Virus record (IMG/VR): IMGVR_UViG_3300024346_003797
Span: 1-64,000 of that record
Reading direction: 5' to 3' (one strand)
From: a virus
Length of the DNA stretch: 64,000 nucleotides
Made by a program: the position numbers and the translations under genes. Of the stretch, positions 1 through 9,195 are shown one piece after another (positions within the stretch are counted from its first letter, which is position 1; every line of letters begins with the position of its first letter). The notes beneath the pieces are model-generated. The model searched no databases. It was given only the letters and a program-made list of their open reading frames with translations, and had not been told where the DNA came from.

Positions 1-1079
1 ATATCGATAACGTTATCACGTTGTTCCATATCAACTTCTTGTTTGGCAGCTTTATCCCCAGTTGCTTCTACTATAACTGATTCTGTTAATTTAGCTTTAT
101 TAGCTGGTTTAACATTACCGTTATTTAGAACTGCTGGAAGATACTTATCGAAAGCGGCTTGTAGACGTGGTGTCTGGACGCTTTCTAGTAAGTTCTGCAT
201 TACTGATGCCTTTTCTTCGTTCAATGTAGCGAGTAATTCGCTCATTGTTTTTTCACGTAGATTAGATTCTTTAATAATACGAACTTCACGTTCTTTTGAT
301 TCAATCAACTTCTTAGCGTTGCCGATTGTATTGATGGATTCGGCTAGTTTCTTGTCTTTTTCTTCTAGCTGAGTCATTAGTTTGCGAGTTTCTGCTTTCT
401 CACTTAAGTGAGTGACACTGAATTCACTTGCAAAACTTTCAAAGATACGACGACCAAAGTTATTTTCTCTAGCAATCTTAATATCTTCTTTCAATTGACC
501 TAATTCACCTTTGAGTTGGCTAGCGACAACCGTAGTCAATCTTTTAGCAGATTCAGCAACAAAACGTGCCTTCAATGCTTCTAATTGTTTACGACCTTCA
601 GCAACTAACTTAACCTTTGCTTCTACTACAGCCTGTTTGTCTTGTGTGAATTCTTTAATTTCACGTGCTAAAGCATGAACAATAAATTGTTCTAACTTTT
701 CTTGACTTTCCATTTGTAGTTTACGCTCACTACGTAGTTCTTTAATTTCTTCGGCTAGTTTAGTAACCATAAAATTATTGAATTTTGTAGCTGATTCACG
801 CAATTTTTGTTGCGCTATCACACGGTCTTCGTTCATTGCTTGACGTTCAGTCTGAAATTCTTCAATCTCAGTCTTTAGTCCTTCACTGACCATTTTATCA
901 AGGGCTTCTACCATCACGTATCTGTCATGTTCATAACGTTGTGCGAATTCTTCTCTTAATTCTGCACGTACTTGCTCACGAGCCTCATTCAATTTAGATT
1001 CCCATGCCTCGTTTATAGCGACACCAGTTTCTTCATTGATTAATCCACTCTCAAGTAATGGTTTGATAGCATCTAACAT
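1..1079 (-). CDS. Prohead core scaffolding protein (T4 gp22-like); 3' end beyond the left edge, absent from the ORF track
   Basis: Hand translation from ATG at 1079 (SD-like AAGGGG upstream): MLDAIKPLLESGLINEETGVAINEAWESKLNEAREQVRAELREEF..., open to base 1. Glu/Lys/Ala-rich coiled coil directly downstream of the prohead protease, as in T4 order 21-22-23. Confidence 0.85.
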   Translation of the reverse strand, partial: MLDAIKPLLESGLINEETGVAINEAWESKLNEAREQVRAELREEFAQRYEHDRYVMVEALDKMVSEGLKTEIEEFQTERQAMNEDRVIAQQKLRESATKFNNFMVTKLAEEIKELRSERKLQMESQEKLEQFIVHALAREIKEFTQDKQAVVEAKVKLVAEGRKQLEALKARFVAESAKRLTTVVASQLKGELGQLKEDIKIARENNFGRRIFESFASEFSVTHLSEKAETRKLMTQLEEKDKKLAESINTIGNAKKLIESKEREVRIIKESNLREKTMSELLATLNEEKASVMQNLLESVQTPRLQAAFDKYLPAVLNNGNVKPANKAKLTESVIVEATGDKAAKQEVDMEQRDNVID

Positions 1080-1081
1080 GC

Positions 1082-1726
1082 TTAATCCCCTTTGTTAATT
1101 TTGAGATCCTTGATAAGACGAACCACTTCATCTTTCAGGTATCTCTGTACCTTTTTGTCGCCTTGTGCCTCTTTTGCTATATCCAACATCTTATGACCAT
1201 GACGCATATTCATCATACCTTCATAAATTGCTTTAGGATAAGCATTGGGTGCACTAGGTTGTGCGACAATATCCACAGTGACTATTTCAAAGTCACTCAC
1301 TTTGCCGTCCATGTCATTCACGTTACCGCTACCACGACTTGAAACGCCGAGTTTCACACCACTCTCCAACATAGTTTTAACTAATTCACCCATTGGAGTT
1401 GGTAAAATCTTTAACTTTCCGAAACCATTAGCACCATCCATCCACATACTAGTAATCATATGTGACACACGGTCTAAATTAATCTTTAAGTCATCTGGGT
1501 GATCTACCTCACCCAATACAGAGTAACCACTTGTAATTTGCTCATTTAGAGTTTGAACAGCAGACTCAATTTCAGACACGGGGTAAACACGCTCATTTGC
1601 GTTCTTTACCCCGCCCTGAATGAAGATACCTTTCATATAAAGGTTCTTCTTGTCGCCTTCACTGACAGATTCAACAACCATACCGGCTCGGTCAAATGTC
1701 AGATGCTCCTTGAGATACAAAGCCAT
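1082..1726 (-). CDS. Prohead core protease (T4 gp21-like)
   Basis: Motifs GIFIQ..VKNANERVYP, LGEVDHP, VSH, LGVSSRGSG, DIVAQPSAPNAY typical of gp21-family proteases. Confidence 0.95.
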   Translation of the reverse strand: MALYLKEHLTFDRAGMVVESVSEGDKKNLYMKGIFIQGGVKNANERVYPVSEIESAVQTLNEQITSGYSVLGEVDHPDDLKINLDRVSHMITSMWMDGANGFGKLKILPTPMGELVKTMLESGVKLGVSSRGSGNVNDMDGKVSDFEIVTVDIVAQPSAPNAYPKAIYEGMMNMRHGHKMLDIAKEAQGDKKVQRYLKDEVVRLIKDLKINKGD

Positions 1727-1740
1727 TGCTCTCAGATTCC

Positions 1741-2568
1741 TTAAATACGTCTTTTAGCAGGAGTTCTACGTGACTCTGCTACTGGGCTACGAACTTTACC
1801 TGCTTCGTCTTTAGTGACTGGCTTAGGTGCGGCTGTTAAGTCTGCATTGTTTTGAGCTGGAGCATTTTTGAATGATCCTGCACCTTTAACAGATGTTTCA
1901 CCTTTTGCATATGCATTACTTGGGCCTTTTGGTCCTGTTGGAACTGATTCACTAGCACCACTGAACTTAACTGGCTTGCTATCCATTCCAGCTTGACCGC
2001 TATTAGCATCTACTGTGCTTTTATTTTGCACTCCATTGTCACCGTGAGTTACAGAAACTTTCTTTAGTGTGATAGCTTCCATCATAGGATCTTCTTCACC
2101 ACCCATGTCGTCCATATCACCCATGTCGTCTCCGCCCATGTCATCCATGTCATCCATACCTTCTTCATCACCCATATCGTCACCGCCCATGATTTCTTCA
2201 AACTCAGCCATTAGCTGGTCTAATTTATCTTCTAGGTCAACAACACGGTCTTCTAAACCTTCTTCGCCACCTTCTTCACTGTCCATTTCAATGTCGACAG
2301 CTTCTTCACCGTCATCATCCATGTCAGCAATGTCAAATTCTTCATCTTCTGCTTCTGCTTCTGCCATGCCTTGTTCTTCACTACCGATTTCATCTAATAA
2401 ATCTTGTACTTGACCAGAAGGCTGGTTCATCATATCATCTTCATCCATCATTGATTCATAGATTTCGCGGCTTTTTTCAACTACGATATCGTGAAACAAT
2501 GCACGTGCTTGTTCTTCGTTCTCATTGATAATCAAATCAATAAGTTGTTCAAATTTTTTATTATCCAT
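1741..2568 (-). CDS. Acidic low-complexity prohead core/internal protein
   Basis: 275 aa, very D/E/M-rich, one short coiled coil (LEDRVVDLEDKLDQLMAEFE). Lies between portal and protease like T4 gp67/gp68. AGGAG SD. Confidence 0.6.
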   Translation of the reverse strand: MDNKKFEQLIDLIINENEEQARALFHDIVVEKSREIYESMMDEDDMMNQPSGQVQDLLDEIGSEEQGMAEAEAEDEEFDIADMDDDGEEAVDIEMDSEEGGEEGLEDRVVDLEDKLDQLMAEFEEIMGGDDMGDEEGMDDMDDMGGDDMGDMDDMGGEEDPMMEAITLKKVSVTHGDNGVQNKSTVDANSGQAGMDSKPVKFSGASESVPTGPKGPSNAYAKGETSVKGAGSFKNAPAQNNADLTAAPKPVTKDEAGKVRSPVAESRRTPAKRRI

Positions 2569-2601
2569 TGATGTTCTCCTAAGTAAATGGCTTTGTAGAA
2601 T

Positions 2602-2608
2602 TATTTAG
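2602..2608 (-). promoter_or_regulatory. Late promoter motif CTAAATA
   Basis: Variant of T4 late -10 TATAAATA, just after a terminator and upstream of the 275-aa gene. Confidence 0.65.
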
Positions 2609-2620
2609 TGTGTATATGGC

Positions 2621-2648
2621 AAAACAGCACATTAAGTGCTGTTTTTTT
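2621..2648. terminator. Intrinsic terminator, potentially bidirectional
   Basis: AAAACAGCAC-ATTAA-GTGCTGTTTT inverted repeat with T-runs on both strands, downstream of the portal/small-gene unit. Confidence 0.75.
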
Positions 2649-2690
2649 ACGTTTTTACCTAGAATAAGCAATTTTTATAAATTTACTAAC

Positions 2691-2915
2691 TTATAATTGA
2701 GGTTGATCGGGTTTTGGCTGACTATATTGTGCATGAATCTTTTTAAGATAGCTAGCCTTTTCATAATTTCTAACATCATTCATCTTACGTAATTTACGAA
2801 TCTGACGTAATGTTAATTTAGTTTTACGGCTTTCTCTCCACTTTGGTTTGCTGTTATCAGACTCTACATCTTGGTAACCTTCAATAGCGGGTGTAAACAT
2901 TTCAAATAAGTGCAT
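2691..2915 (-). CDS. Small basic head-module protein (74 aa)
   Basis: Start re-assigned to ATG 2915 (MHLFEMF...) because it lies 5 nt after a late motif and avoids overlap with the portal gene. Basic helix RKTKLTLRQIRKLRKM. Confidence 0.7.
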   Translation of the reverse strand: MHLFEMFTPAIEGYQDVESDNSKPKWRESRKTKLTLRQIRKLRKMNDVRNYEKASYLKKIHAQYSQPKPDQPQL

Positions 2916-2920
2916 ATGTT

Positions 2921-2927
2921 TATTTAT
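2921..2927 (-). promoter_or_regulatory. Late promoter motif ATAAATA (leaderless configuration)
   Basis: GATAAATA followed by 5 nt then ATG; no SD. Confidence 0.6.
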
Positions 2928-2928
2928 C

Positions 2929-4719
2929 TTAAATCTGTCCAGGAGCACCGCCAGGCGTATTACCTGCCATACCGGCTGCGTCATTACTGACTGGACCTGC
3001 TACTTCCATACCATCCAATCCACCTTCTGGTTCAGGTGCATTCATATCTTCACCGGTCTGTGTATCAGATTCAATATCACCCACTGATACACCAATACTA
3101 CGTAAATCACTACCTTGTGGGTCAATTTCAATTTCTTTATCATTTTCTTCACGCCACATTTTCTCATTCTTACTGATTTCTTCTTCGGTTAATCCCAAGA
3201 ATCGTTCCATAGCAAAACGCTTACTTATGTATGGATACTGTTCAATCGCAGTAAATGAACCGATTCGTGCTGTATCTAACTCACTTTGACGATAAGCCGC
3301 AAAGTTTTGTGGTGGATTAAACTGTAATTGAAATAAACCACTATCAATATTCAGTCCTCTCCAACGTAAGAATAACTTAAATTCTTCATCTAGCTTTTGG
3401 CTAATATACTTCTGTAGTCGTTCACAATATTGATTGAAGCGAAACTCTTGGATCATTGCTGTACCAACACGTCCGTCACTCATTGGAGTAGGATTGTCAT
3501 CTGGTCCAGTTGGAAGATAGCTACTTGGCACACGTAAACCACGTGCTAATCTGTTGTTAAAGTAACGCAAGTCGTCAATCTCACCCAAATTCTGTCCACC
3601 GGGCAACACTTCAACACTTGACCCTCTTCCATCAGCAGTAACTGGGAAGAAGTAATCTTCATTCATACTTAATGGATTGTATGACGCATCAACTACACTA
3701 CCACCGCCATGTGTACTTGGTATACGTCTTTGATGGATCTCATTTTTAATACGCTCAACAAAAGCCATAGCCAAGTGACTTGGCATATTACCAACGTCAA
3801 TCTTAAACATTCTACGTTCTGGAGCACGTTGCACACGATAGATAAGAACCGCATCTTCTAATAATTCTTTTTGCTTATATACCTTAAAGACATTCTCTAA
3901 AATACTCTGTCCAAAGGGCCAGAAGCGGTCTAGACCTTCTGTTAAACTTAGATGGACAACGTGTTTAGCATCAATGGCTGCTTCGCTTTGACCTAATGTA
4001 AAACGACTACCTGATGTATTGTATGGCATACTTGGAACCGTATATCCACCACCTGCTCCACCGCCGCCCGTACCGCCCATACCAGTTGCTGGATTAGCGG
4101 CAAAATCTGTATTAGTTTTAGTAGCTACTGATAAGTTCTGTAAGTTAATGTTAATATCTTTAATAACATATTGTTCAGGCTTTTTACCTTCACTTTCGTT
4201 CACAATAACTTTAATAACTTTAGTCATATCTACCCAATATAACTTAAAGTTTTCCGGGTCACGAACAAATATTTGGTCACCAAACTTAATAGTATTACGG
4301 AAGATTTTGAATGTTCTAGTTTCAAACTCATTGAGTTTACACCATTGTTGTAATTGAGTTTTTAATAGTTCAACTTCATGTTGAGTTGGTTCATCTTTGA
4401 AATCTAAGTCAAAAGGAGTTTTATTATGTTCATTTGTTTGTGTACTGAACTCAGATATAATGTCTAAACACGCATTAATCTCAGCGTCAACATCCATCAT
4501 TTCATATTGATTGTAACGTTCAATACGATTTGGATGACCTGTGTAAACTTCTGGTAAACGGCTACGATAGTTTTTATAACCCATTTCAGCGTTGTTATAC
4601 CCACCAGTGTCACTACCGTTTTGTCCTGGGCTACCATTCCATGCACCGGTATTGTTGTTAAATCCAGAGATGGGACTGGACATTCCAGATTTGTTTGAGA
4701 AGCGTTTTTTGTATGTCAT
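2929..4719 (-). CDS. Portal protein (T4 gp20-like)
   Basis: Motifs LEDAVLIYRVQRAPERRMFKIDVGNMP, EDYFFP, VEVLPGGQNLGEIDDLRYF, LRVPSSYL, EFRFNQYCERLQ. Confidence 0.96.
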   Translation of the reverse strand: MTYKKRFSNKSGMSSPISGFNNNTGAWNGSPGQNGSDTGGYNNAEMGYKNYRSRLPEVYTGHPNRIERYNQYEMMDVDAEINACLDIISEFSTQTNEHNKTPFDLDFKDEPTQHEVELLKTQLQQWCKLNEFETRTFKIFRNTIKFGDQIFVRDPENFKLYWVDMTKVIKVIVNESEGKKPEQYVIKDININLQNLSVATKTNTDFAANPATGMGGTGGGGAGGGYTVPSMPYNTSGSRFTLGQSEAAIDAKHVVHLSLTEGLDRFWPFGQSILENVFKVYKQKELLEDAVLIYRVQRAPERRMFKIDVGNMPSHLAMAFVERIKNEIHQRRIPSTHGGGSVVDASYNPLSMNEDYFFPVTADGRGSSVEVLPGGQNLGEIDDLRYFNNRLARGLRVPSSYLPTGPDDNPTPMSDGRVGTAMIQEFRFNQYCERLQKYISQKLDEEFKLFLRWRGLNIDSGLFQLQFNPPQNFAAYRQSELDTARIGSFTAIEQYPYISKRFAMERFLGLTEEEISKNEKMWREENDKEIEIDPQGSDLRSIGVSVGDIESDTQTGEDMNAPEPEGGLDGMEVAGPVSNDAAGMAGNTPGGAPGQI

Positions 4720-4737
4720 AGTAGATGCTTTATCTAG

Positions 4738-4744
4738 TATTTAG
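4738..4744 (-). promoter_or_regulatory. Late promoter motif CTAAATA
   Basis: In the short gap between the tape-measure-like gene and the portal gene. Confidence 0.65.
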
Positions 4745-4746
4745 TG

Positions 4747-7700
4747 TTAAACCCTAGAATGCTTTAATAATTCAGCCTGTACATCATTACTACTTGACAG
4801 TATAGATATCATCGTGCTGAATTTATCATCCATAATATTGTATAGGTCAGCTAATAATCTATTATCATTTTCTGGTTGACTAGCAACTGTAGTATTAGTC
4901 GTTGTAGGTAATGCCGAACTTAAGTTTTCTTTGGTAACATTTTCTAATAATGTTTTAACTACCTTCAATTGATTTTCTGGAACCACTGCTTCTTTGCCGT
5001 GTAACATTACTGGATATCCAGATTCTGGACCGTCGAATACTCCTCCCATTCTAGCCATTTCAAAGTGTACCGGATCATTGGGTACTGTTTGAAATAATCC
5101 CTGAGCATTCATCGCCGCCACTGCTTTTGAATCATTATAATTCTGTATATCAACCGCCATACCACGCTCATGTTTACTAGTGCCAGGACGACCTATAGGC
5201 ATATCCTTAGCAGTTCTGCCCGGCCGCCCTGCGGCAACTGATTCATCCCAGAGTCTTTGTTGATCTTCTGGATCACGTTTAGCACTATTAATTGAAATTG
5301 TGCTACCAGTCATTGACTTAAATTCATTTGCCGCATTTATAATTTTAGACTTAATGCTATCATTTAACTGTTCGAAATTAGATTTACTTCCAGATCTACT
5401 TCCAAAGGTGAATAAGCTTTCGATTCCTTTAATAACTTCATTTCCGGTTGTAGTAAATGGATTATCTGAGGTTACAGTTGATGATGCTCCTCTAGTAGGG
5501 CGATTTGATTCTGTTCGTACAGTAGCTGATACCGGCGGTGATGAAGGTGTTAATGATTGTGTTGGTTGCTTTGTTGTCGGTTGTACTGGTTGAGCAGTTG
5601 GTTGCTTTGTTGTCGGTTGTACTGGTTGAGCAGTTGGTTGCTTTGTTGTCGGTTGTACTGGTTGTGCAATTGGTTGCTTTGTTGTCGGTTGTACTGGTTG
5701 TGCAGTTGGTTGTGCAGTTGTCGGTTGTACTGGTTGTGCAGTTGGTTGTGCAGTTGTCGGTTGTACTGGTTGTGCAGTTGGTTGTGCAGTTGGCGCAGGA
5801 GCCATACTTCTAGTGGCTGGGGCAGTAGTTGACTTAGGTGGTGCAGGTTGTGCAGTTGGTTGTGCAGTTGGAGCAGAAGGAACTGTGGGTTGTTTGGGCG
5901 CCGGCAATCCTCTGGCGGCATTACGTGTAGCAGTTTCTTCTAATCTTCTTGCTTTTTCAGCTTCTAATCTTGCTTTATGTTCTGCTAATCTAGCGTCAAT
6001 GGCTTCTTGTGACCCTCTACCTGAAGCTTTTTCAGCTTTCTCTCGGGTAGCAGTTGCAGTTTCAAGATTGGTTTGAGTAGTCTGTCTAGCTTCTCTTGCA
6101 GGTGCCGTAGTTGGTGCCGGAGTAGATGTAGTTGCAGGTGTAGTACCTTTGGTACCTTTGATTTGTATATCTCCTCCTGCTACCGGTTTAGCACCTACTG
6201 TGTTACTAAATTTAGTGACTGCTTTGTTAAACATATCACTAGCATCTTTATTTAATTTTGCGGCGGCATTAAATGTCCAAACAACACTATCCAATTTTTG
6301 TGCGGCCGCCTGTTGCATCCTTGTTGCTTCAACATTGTCTTTAGTACGTTTATCAGCACCTTCACCTGTTTTAGCATCTGCTTCTTTTTTTAGATACTCA
6401 CTAAGACTTATGTTCTGTTTAGTTGCTTCTTCATTGGCTTTTAATATTCTATTGTAAAAATCAATGTTAGTACCAGTTTTATCTGTTTGTAATCCTGATA
6501 GATCCGACCCAACTGCTTTGGCTGCAGCCAATTCACGCATTTGTTCTTTGCTACCTTTGGCAGCTTCAAGCAATACTTCTTCTCTGGATTTACCTGCTTT
6601 AATCGCATCTAATGCTTTTGAGAATTGTATATAAGCGGCTGAACTAGCTTCATCTGTAGGGCCACCACCGGCAGCACCTAATTTAGCTACACCACCGGCG
6701 CCTCTAGTAAGACCCTGTTGTTGTAAATCAACAGATAAATCATAATATTTCTTTAATCTTGCTTGCTCTACTTTGTCGCCTCTATTGGCTGCGTCTTCCA
6801 TTGCCGCACGAATTTCTTCGATAGCGTTAATTGCATTTTGTGCTTCTTCTTGTTCTTTTCTAGTTGCTCCGGTGAGCATTGCCATTTTATCTAGTTCTTC
6901 GATATAAGCAGATGCACCTCTAATTAAGTCTTTTGTATTTTTTTCTTGCATCAAACCCAAACGAGTTTGTTGAGCCATGTACTTTAATGTATGTTCACGC
7001 TGTGCGTCAGCAGTAACACCCATCTGTGCTAACTTTTCTCCAAATTCAGCACTCTTTGTTAGTTCTCCTGCAACTTCTGCAAATTGTTTAGCACCGGCGG
7101 CAGTAGTACCACCAAACATCTTTAAATCTTTTGCACTAGACATTAACATTTCGTTAAATTTCTCTAGCTCTGCAGTAGTCATGCCAAGTGTCTGAACAGT
7201 CTCAAATACTCCGGTCATGCCAGCGGCAGTGGTTAATCCAGCTTCACTTAACTTATTAAAACTATCAAATAGTTTATCATTTTGTTCGGCTGCAACTTTA
7301 TTTGCTTCAGCGAGAGTGGATGCCGCCATACCAAGCAATGCTAAAGCACCACCTGCTATTCTGGCTGCTATACCTAAACCAGGTATAAACATCATTGCGG
7401 CGCCAATGCCCTTCATAGCTGTAGTAACACTATCAGCAAACTCACTAATAGCTTTAGCACCTACTTTAGCACCACGTTCACCTTCATAAAGTGATTTGGT
7501 CATCACCTTAGTAGCATTGAACACACCTTCAAGACCAGCTGATACTAATTTATATGAAGCAGTAAGACCCATACTACCCTTAGTTGCTTCTACTATCTTA
7601 TTAGAAAACTCCCCAGTAATAGCTTTAGTACTGTTAAGCTTATCAGCCATGTCCCCAAAAGCTTTACCTGGTGCACCGGATACTTTAAGTTCAGCTAATT

Positions 7701-8262
7701 GTTTTTGTTGTTCTTTAGATAGTTCGGCAGTAGTGTTTATTATCTTGCCATTATTCTTTAAAAGAGTGCCATTTGATGCAACAATACCGCCCATAGCTTC
7801 AGCTTGTTTCTTAAACATATCTGCACGTTGTACAGTCAAATATGCTTCAGAAGTTTTCCATTCTGCTATTACTCTTTTTTGAGCATTATTTATTTCTAAC
7901 GAACCTTCAATAACATCACTTATTGATTTAAGTTCTTTTTGGAATAGTTCCTCTCTCTTTAGATTTACAACTTCTTCTTTAGCATGTTGTTGTTGAGTTT
8001 TAGTATATTGTCTATCTAACTCATCATTAACCTTCTTTTCAAGGTCTGCTCTATTTTTTTCAGCTTCAGTACGCTTTTTATATTCAGTGTCTATTTTTTT
8101 ATAGTTACCCGATGAGTCCTTGATAAAACCCTTTTGTGCCGCTAGTTGTTCTTCAGTAAGTTCTTTTTCTTCTGCTTTTTGACCAACCATCTGGCCCATG
8201 AACTCTGCAAGGGAACGTAATTGTTCATTAAGGGATTCTAAATCTTCATTATTAATTGCCAT
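4747..8262 (-). CDS. Tape-measure-like protein with P/Q/T linker and C-terminal M15-type (D-Ala-D-Ala/L-Ala-D-Glu) peptidase domain
   Basis: Long Ala/Lys/Glu helical body with a hydrophobic Gly/Ala segment (GIGAAMMFIPGLGIAARIAGGALALLGMAA). Zn-peptidase motifs SAKR..EDQQRL, SKHERGMAVD, DPVHF, then the TMP-type tail GGVFDGPESGYPVMLHGKEAVVP. Confidence 0.75.
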   Translation of the reverse strand: MAINNEDLESLNEQLRSLAEFMGQMVGQKAEEKELTEEQLAAQKGFIKDSSGNYKKIDTEYKKRTEAEKNRADLEKKVNDELDRQYTKTQQQHAKEEVVNLKREELFQKELKSISDVIEGSLEINNAQKRVIAEWKTSEAYLTVQRADMFKKQAEAMGGIVASNGTLLKNNGKIINTTAELSKEQQKQLAELKVSGAPGKAFGDMADKLNSTKAITGEFSNKIVEATKGSMGLTASYKLVSAGLEGVFNATKVMTKSLYEGERGAKVGAKAISEFADSVTTAMKGIGAAMMFIPGLGIAARIAGGALALLGMAASTLAEANKVAAEQNDKLFDSFNKLSEAGLTTAAGMTGVFETVQTLGMTTAELEKFNEMLMSSAKDLKMFGGTTAAGAKQFAEVAGELTKSAEFGEKLAQMGVTADAQREHTLKYMAQQTRLGLMQEKNTKDLIRGASAYIEELDKMAMLTGATRKEQEEAQNAINAIEEIRAAMEDAANRGDKVEQARLKKYYDLSVDLQQQGLTRGAGGVAKLGAAGGGPTDEASSAAYIQFSKALDAIKAGKSREEVLLEAAKGSKEQMRELAAAKAVGSDLSGLQTDKTGTNIDFYNRILKANEEATKQNISLSEYLKKEADAKTGEGADKRTKDNVEATRMQQAAAQKLDSVVWTFNAAAKLNKDASDMFNKAVTKFSNTVGAKPVAGGDIQIKGTKGTTPATTSTPAPTTAPAREARQTTQTNLETATATREKAEKASGRGSQEAIDARLAEHKARLEAEKARRLEETATRNAARGLPAPKQPTVPSAPTAQPTAQPAPPKSTTAPATRSMAPAPTAQPTAQPVQPTTAQPTAQPVQPTTAQPTAQPVQPTTKQPIAQPVQPTTKQPTAQPVQPTTKQPTAQPVQPTTKQPTQSLTPSSPPVSATVRTESNRPTRGASSTVTSDNPFTTTGNEVIKGIESLFTFGSRSGSKSNFEQLNDSIKSKIINAANEFKSMTGSTISINSAKRDPEDQQRLWDESVAAGRPGRTAKDMPIGRPGTSKHERGMAVDIQNYNDSKAVAAMNAQGLFQTVPNDPVHFEMARMGGVFDGPESGYPVMLHGKEAVVPENQLKVVKTLLENVTKENLSSALPTTTNTTVASQPENDNRLLADLYNIMDDKFSTMISILSSSNDVQAELLKHSRV
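5561..5793 (-). repeat. 36-bp coding tandem repeat, ~6.5 copies (AQPVQPTT[K/A]QPT)
   Basis: Unit gttggttgctttgttgtcggttgtactggttgagca and variants, head-to-tail with no spacers. Confidence 0.95.
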
Positions 8263-8274
8263 GTTTTTTACCCA

Positions 8275-8296
8275 CTAAATAGTTAATAGTATTTAT
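8275..8296. promoter_or_regulatory. Face-to-face late promoter motifs: CTAAATA (+, 8275-8281) and ATAAATA (-, 8290-8296)
   Basis: Both lie in the 61-nt gap between the divergent tape-measure-like and gp26-like genes. Confidence 0.6.
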
Positions 8297-8323
8297 GTCT
8301 TAAAAATACCCCTAGGAGAACCC

Positions 8324-9148
8324 ATGAACACAAACCCATTAAAACAGTATTTTCGCCGTCCTGAAATATATTTGAAACTTCCGAGTGGAGGTAAGTTCTA
8401 TCCAGCTGGATCCATTGATTTACCTGATAATCACGAATTACCAGTGTATCCAATGACTGCAATAGATGAAATAACTAGCAAAACGCCGGATGCTTTGTTT
8501 AATGGAACTGCGGTAGTAGATATCATTAAAAGCTGTATTCCAAATATCAAAGATCCATGGTCCATCCCTACTATAGACTTAGATCCTATATTAGTAGCTA
8601 TCAGGGCCGCTAGCAATGGTACGATGTTGGATATTGATTCCACATGCCCTAACTGTAGTGAAGAAGCATCATACAGTATAAACTTGATTGGATTATTAAC
8701 AAGTTTGGAAGCAGGTAATTATAATGAATCGGTTACATTAAATGAATTATCGTTTAAGTTTAACCCATTTTCATATAAAAAAATAAACAACATTAACATG
8801 GTTCAGTTTGAGATAGAACAGTCTATTAAGAATCTAGAAAATATAGCTGATGCCGATGCTAGACAAGCTGAATCCAATTCAGTAATGCAACGTTTAAACA
8901 AGTTAAGTATGGAATTAATATGTGAATCTATTGAGCATATTGCAACTCCATCAGCAGTTGTAAGTGAAAAAGAATATATTTTGGATTTTTTAAACAATTG
9001 TGATAAAAGAACATTTGAACAACTTAGAACTAGTGCAGTAAAATTACGTGAATCATCACAATTAAAGCCATTGGATGTGAAATGTATTCATTGCTCACAT
9101 GAATATAAACAAAAACTAACGCTTAACGTATCTGATTTTTTCGATTAA
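8324..9148 (+). CDS. Baseplate hub assembly/tail assembly chaperone (T4 gp26-like)
   Basis: NPLKQYFRRP.IY.KLPSGG, VYPMTAIDEI, D...ILVAIRAAS.G, two CxxC pairs (CPNC, CIHC), C-terminal DFF. AGGAG SD. Confidence 0.75.
   Translation: MNTNPLKQYFRRPEIYLKLPSGGKFYPAGSIDLPDNHELPVYPMTAIDEITSKTPDALFNGTAVVDIIKSCIPNIKDPWSIPTIDLDPILVAIRAASNGTMLDIDSTCPNCSEEASYSINLIGLLTSLEAGNYNESVTLNELSFKFNPFSYKKINNINMVQFEIEQSIKNLENIADADARQAESNSVMQRLNKLSMELICESIEHIATPSAVVSEKEYILDFLNNCDKRTFEQLRTSAVKLRESSQLKPLDVKCIHCSHEYKQKLTLNVSDFFD
9136..9142 (+). other. Candidate -1 ribosomal frameshift heptamer T TTT TTC
   Basis: X XXY YYZ heptamer correctly phased in the last codons of the gp26-like gene (GAT TTT TTC GAT TAA). The -1 frame is open from 9136 to TAA 9372. 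Confidence 0.6.
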
Positions 9149-9195
9149 GGCTTCTATATCTCAACTCTGAAGATATACAGAAGCTGATAGATGAT

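Noticed and set aside
5561-5793. 36-bp repeats as a CRISPR array
   Set aside because: Head-to-tail with no unique spacers, in frame within a CDS, no cas genes. The overlapping ORFs at 5538-5921 are shadows of the repeat.
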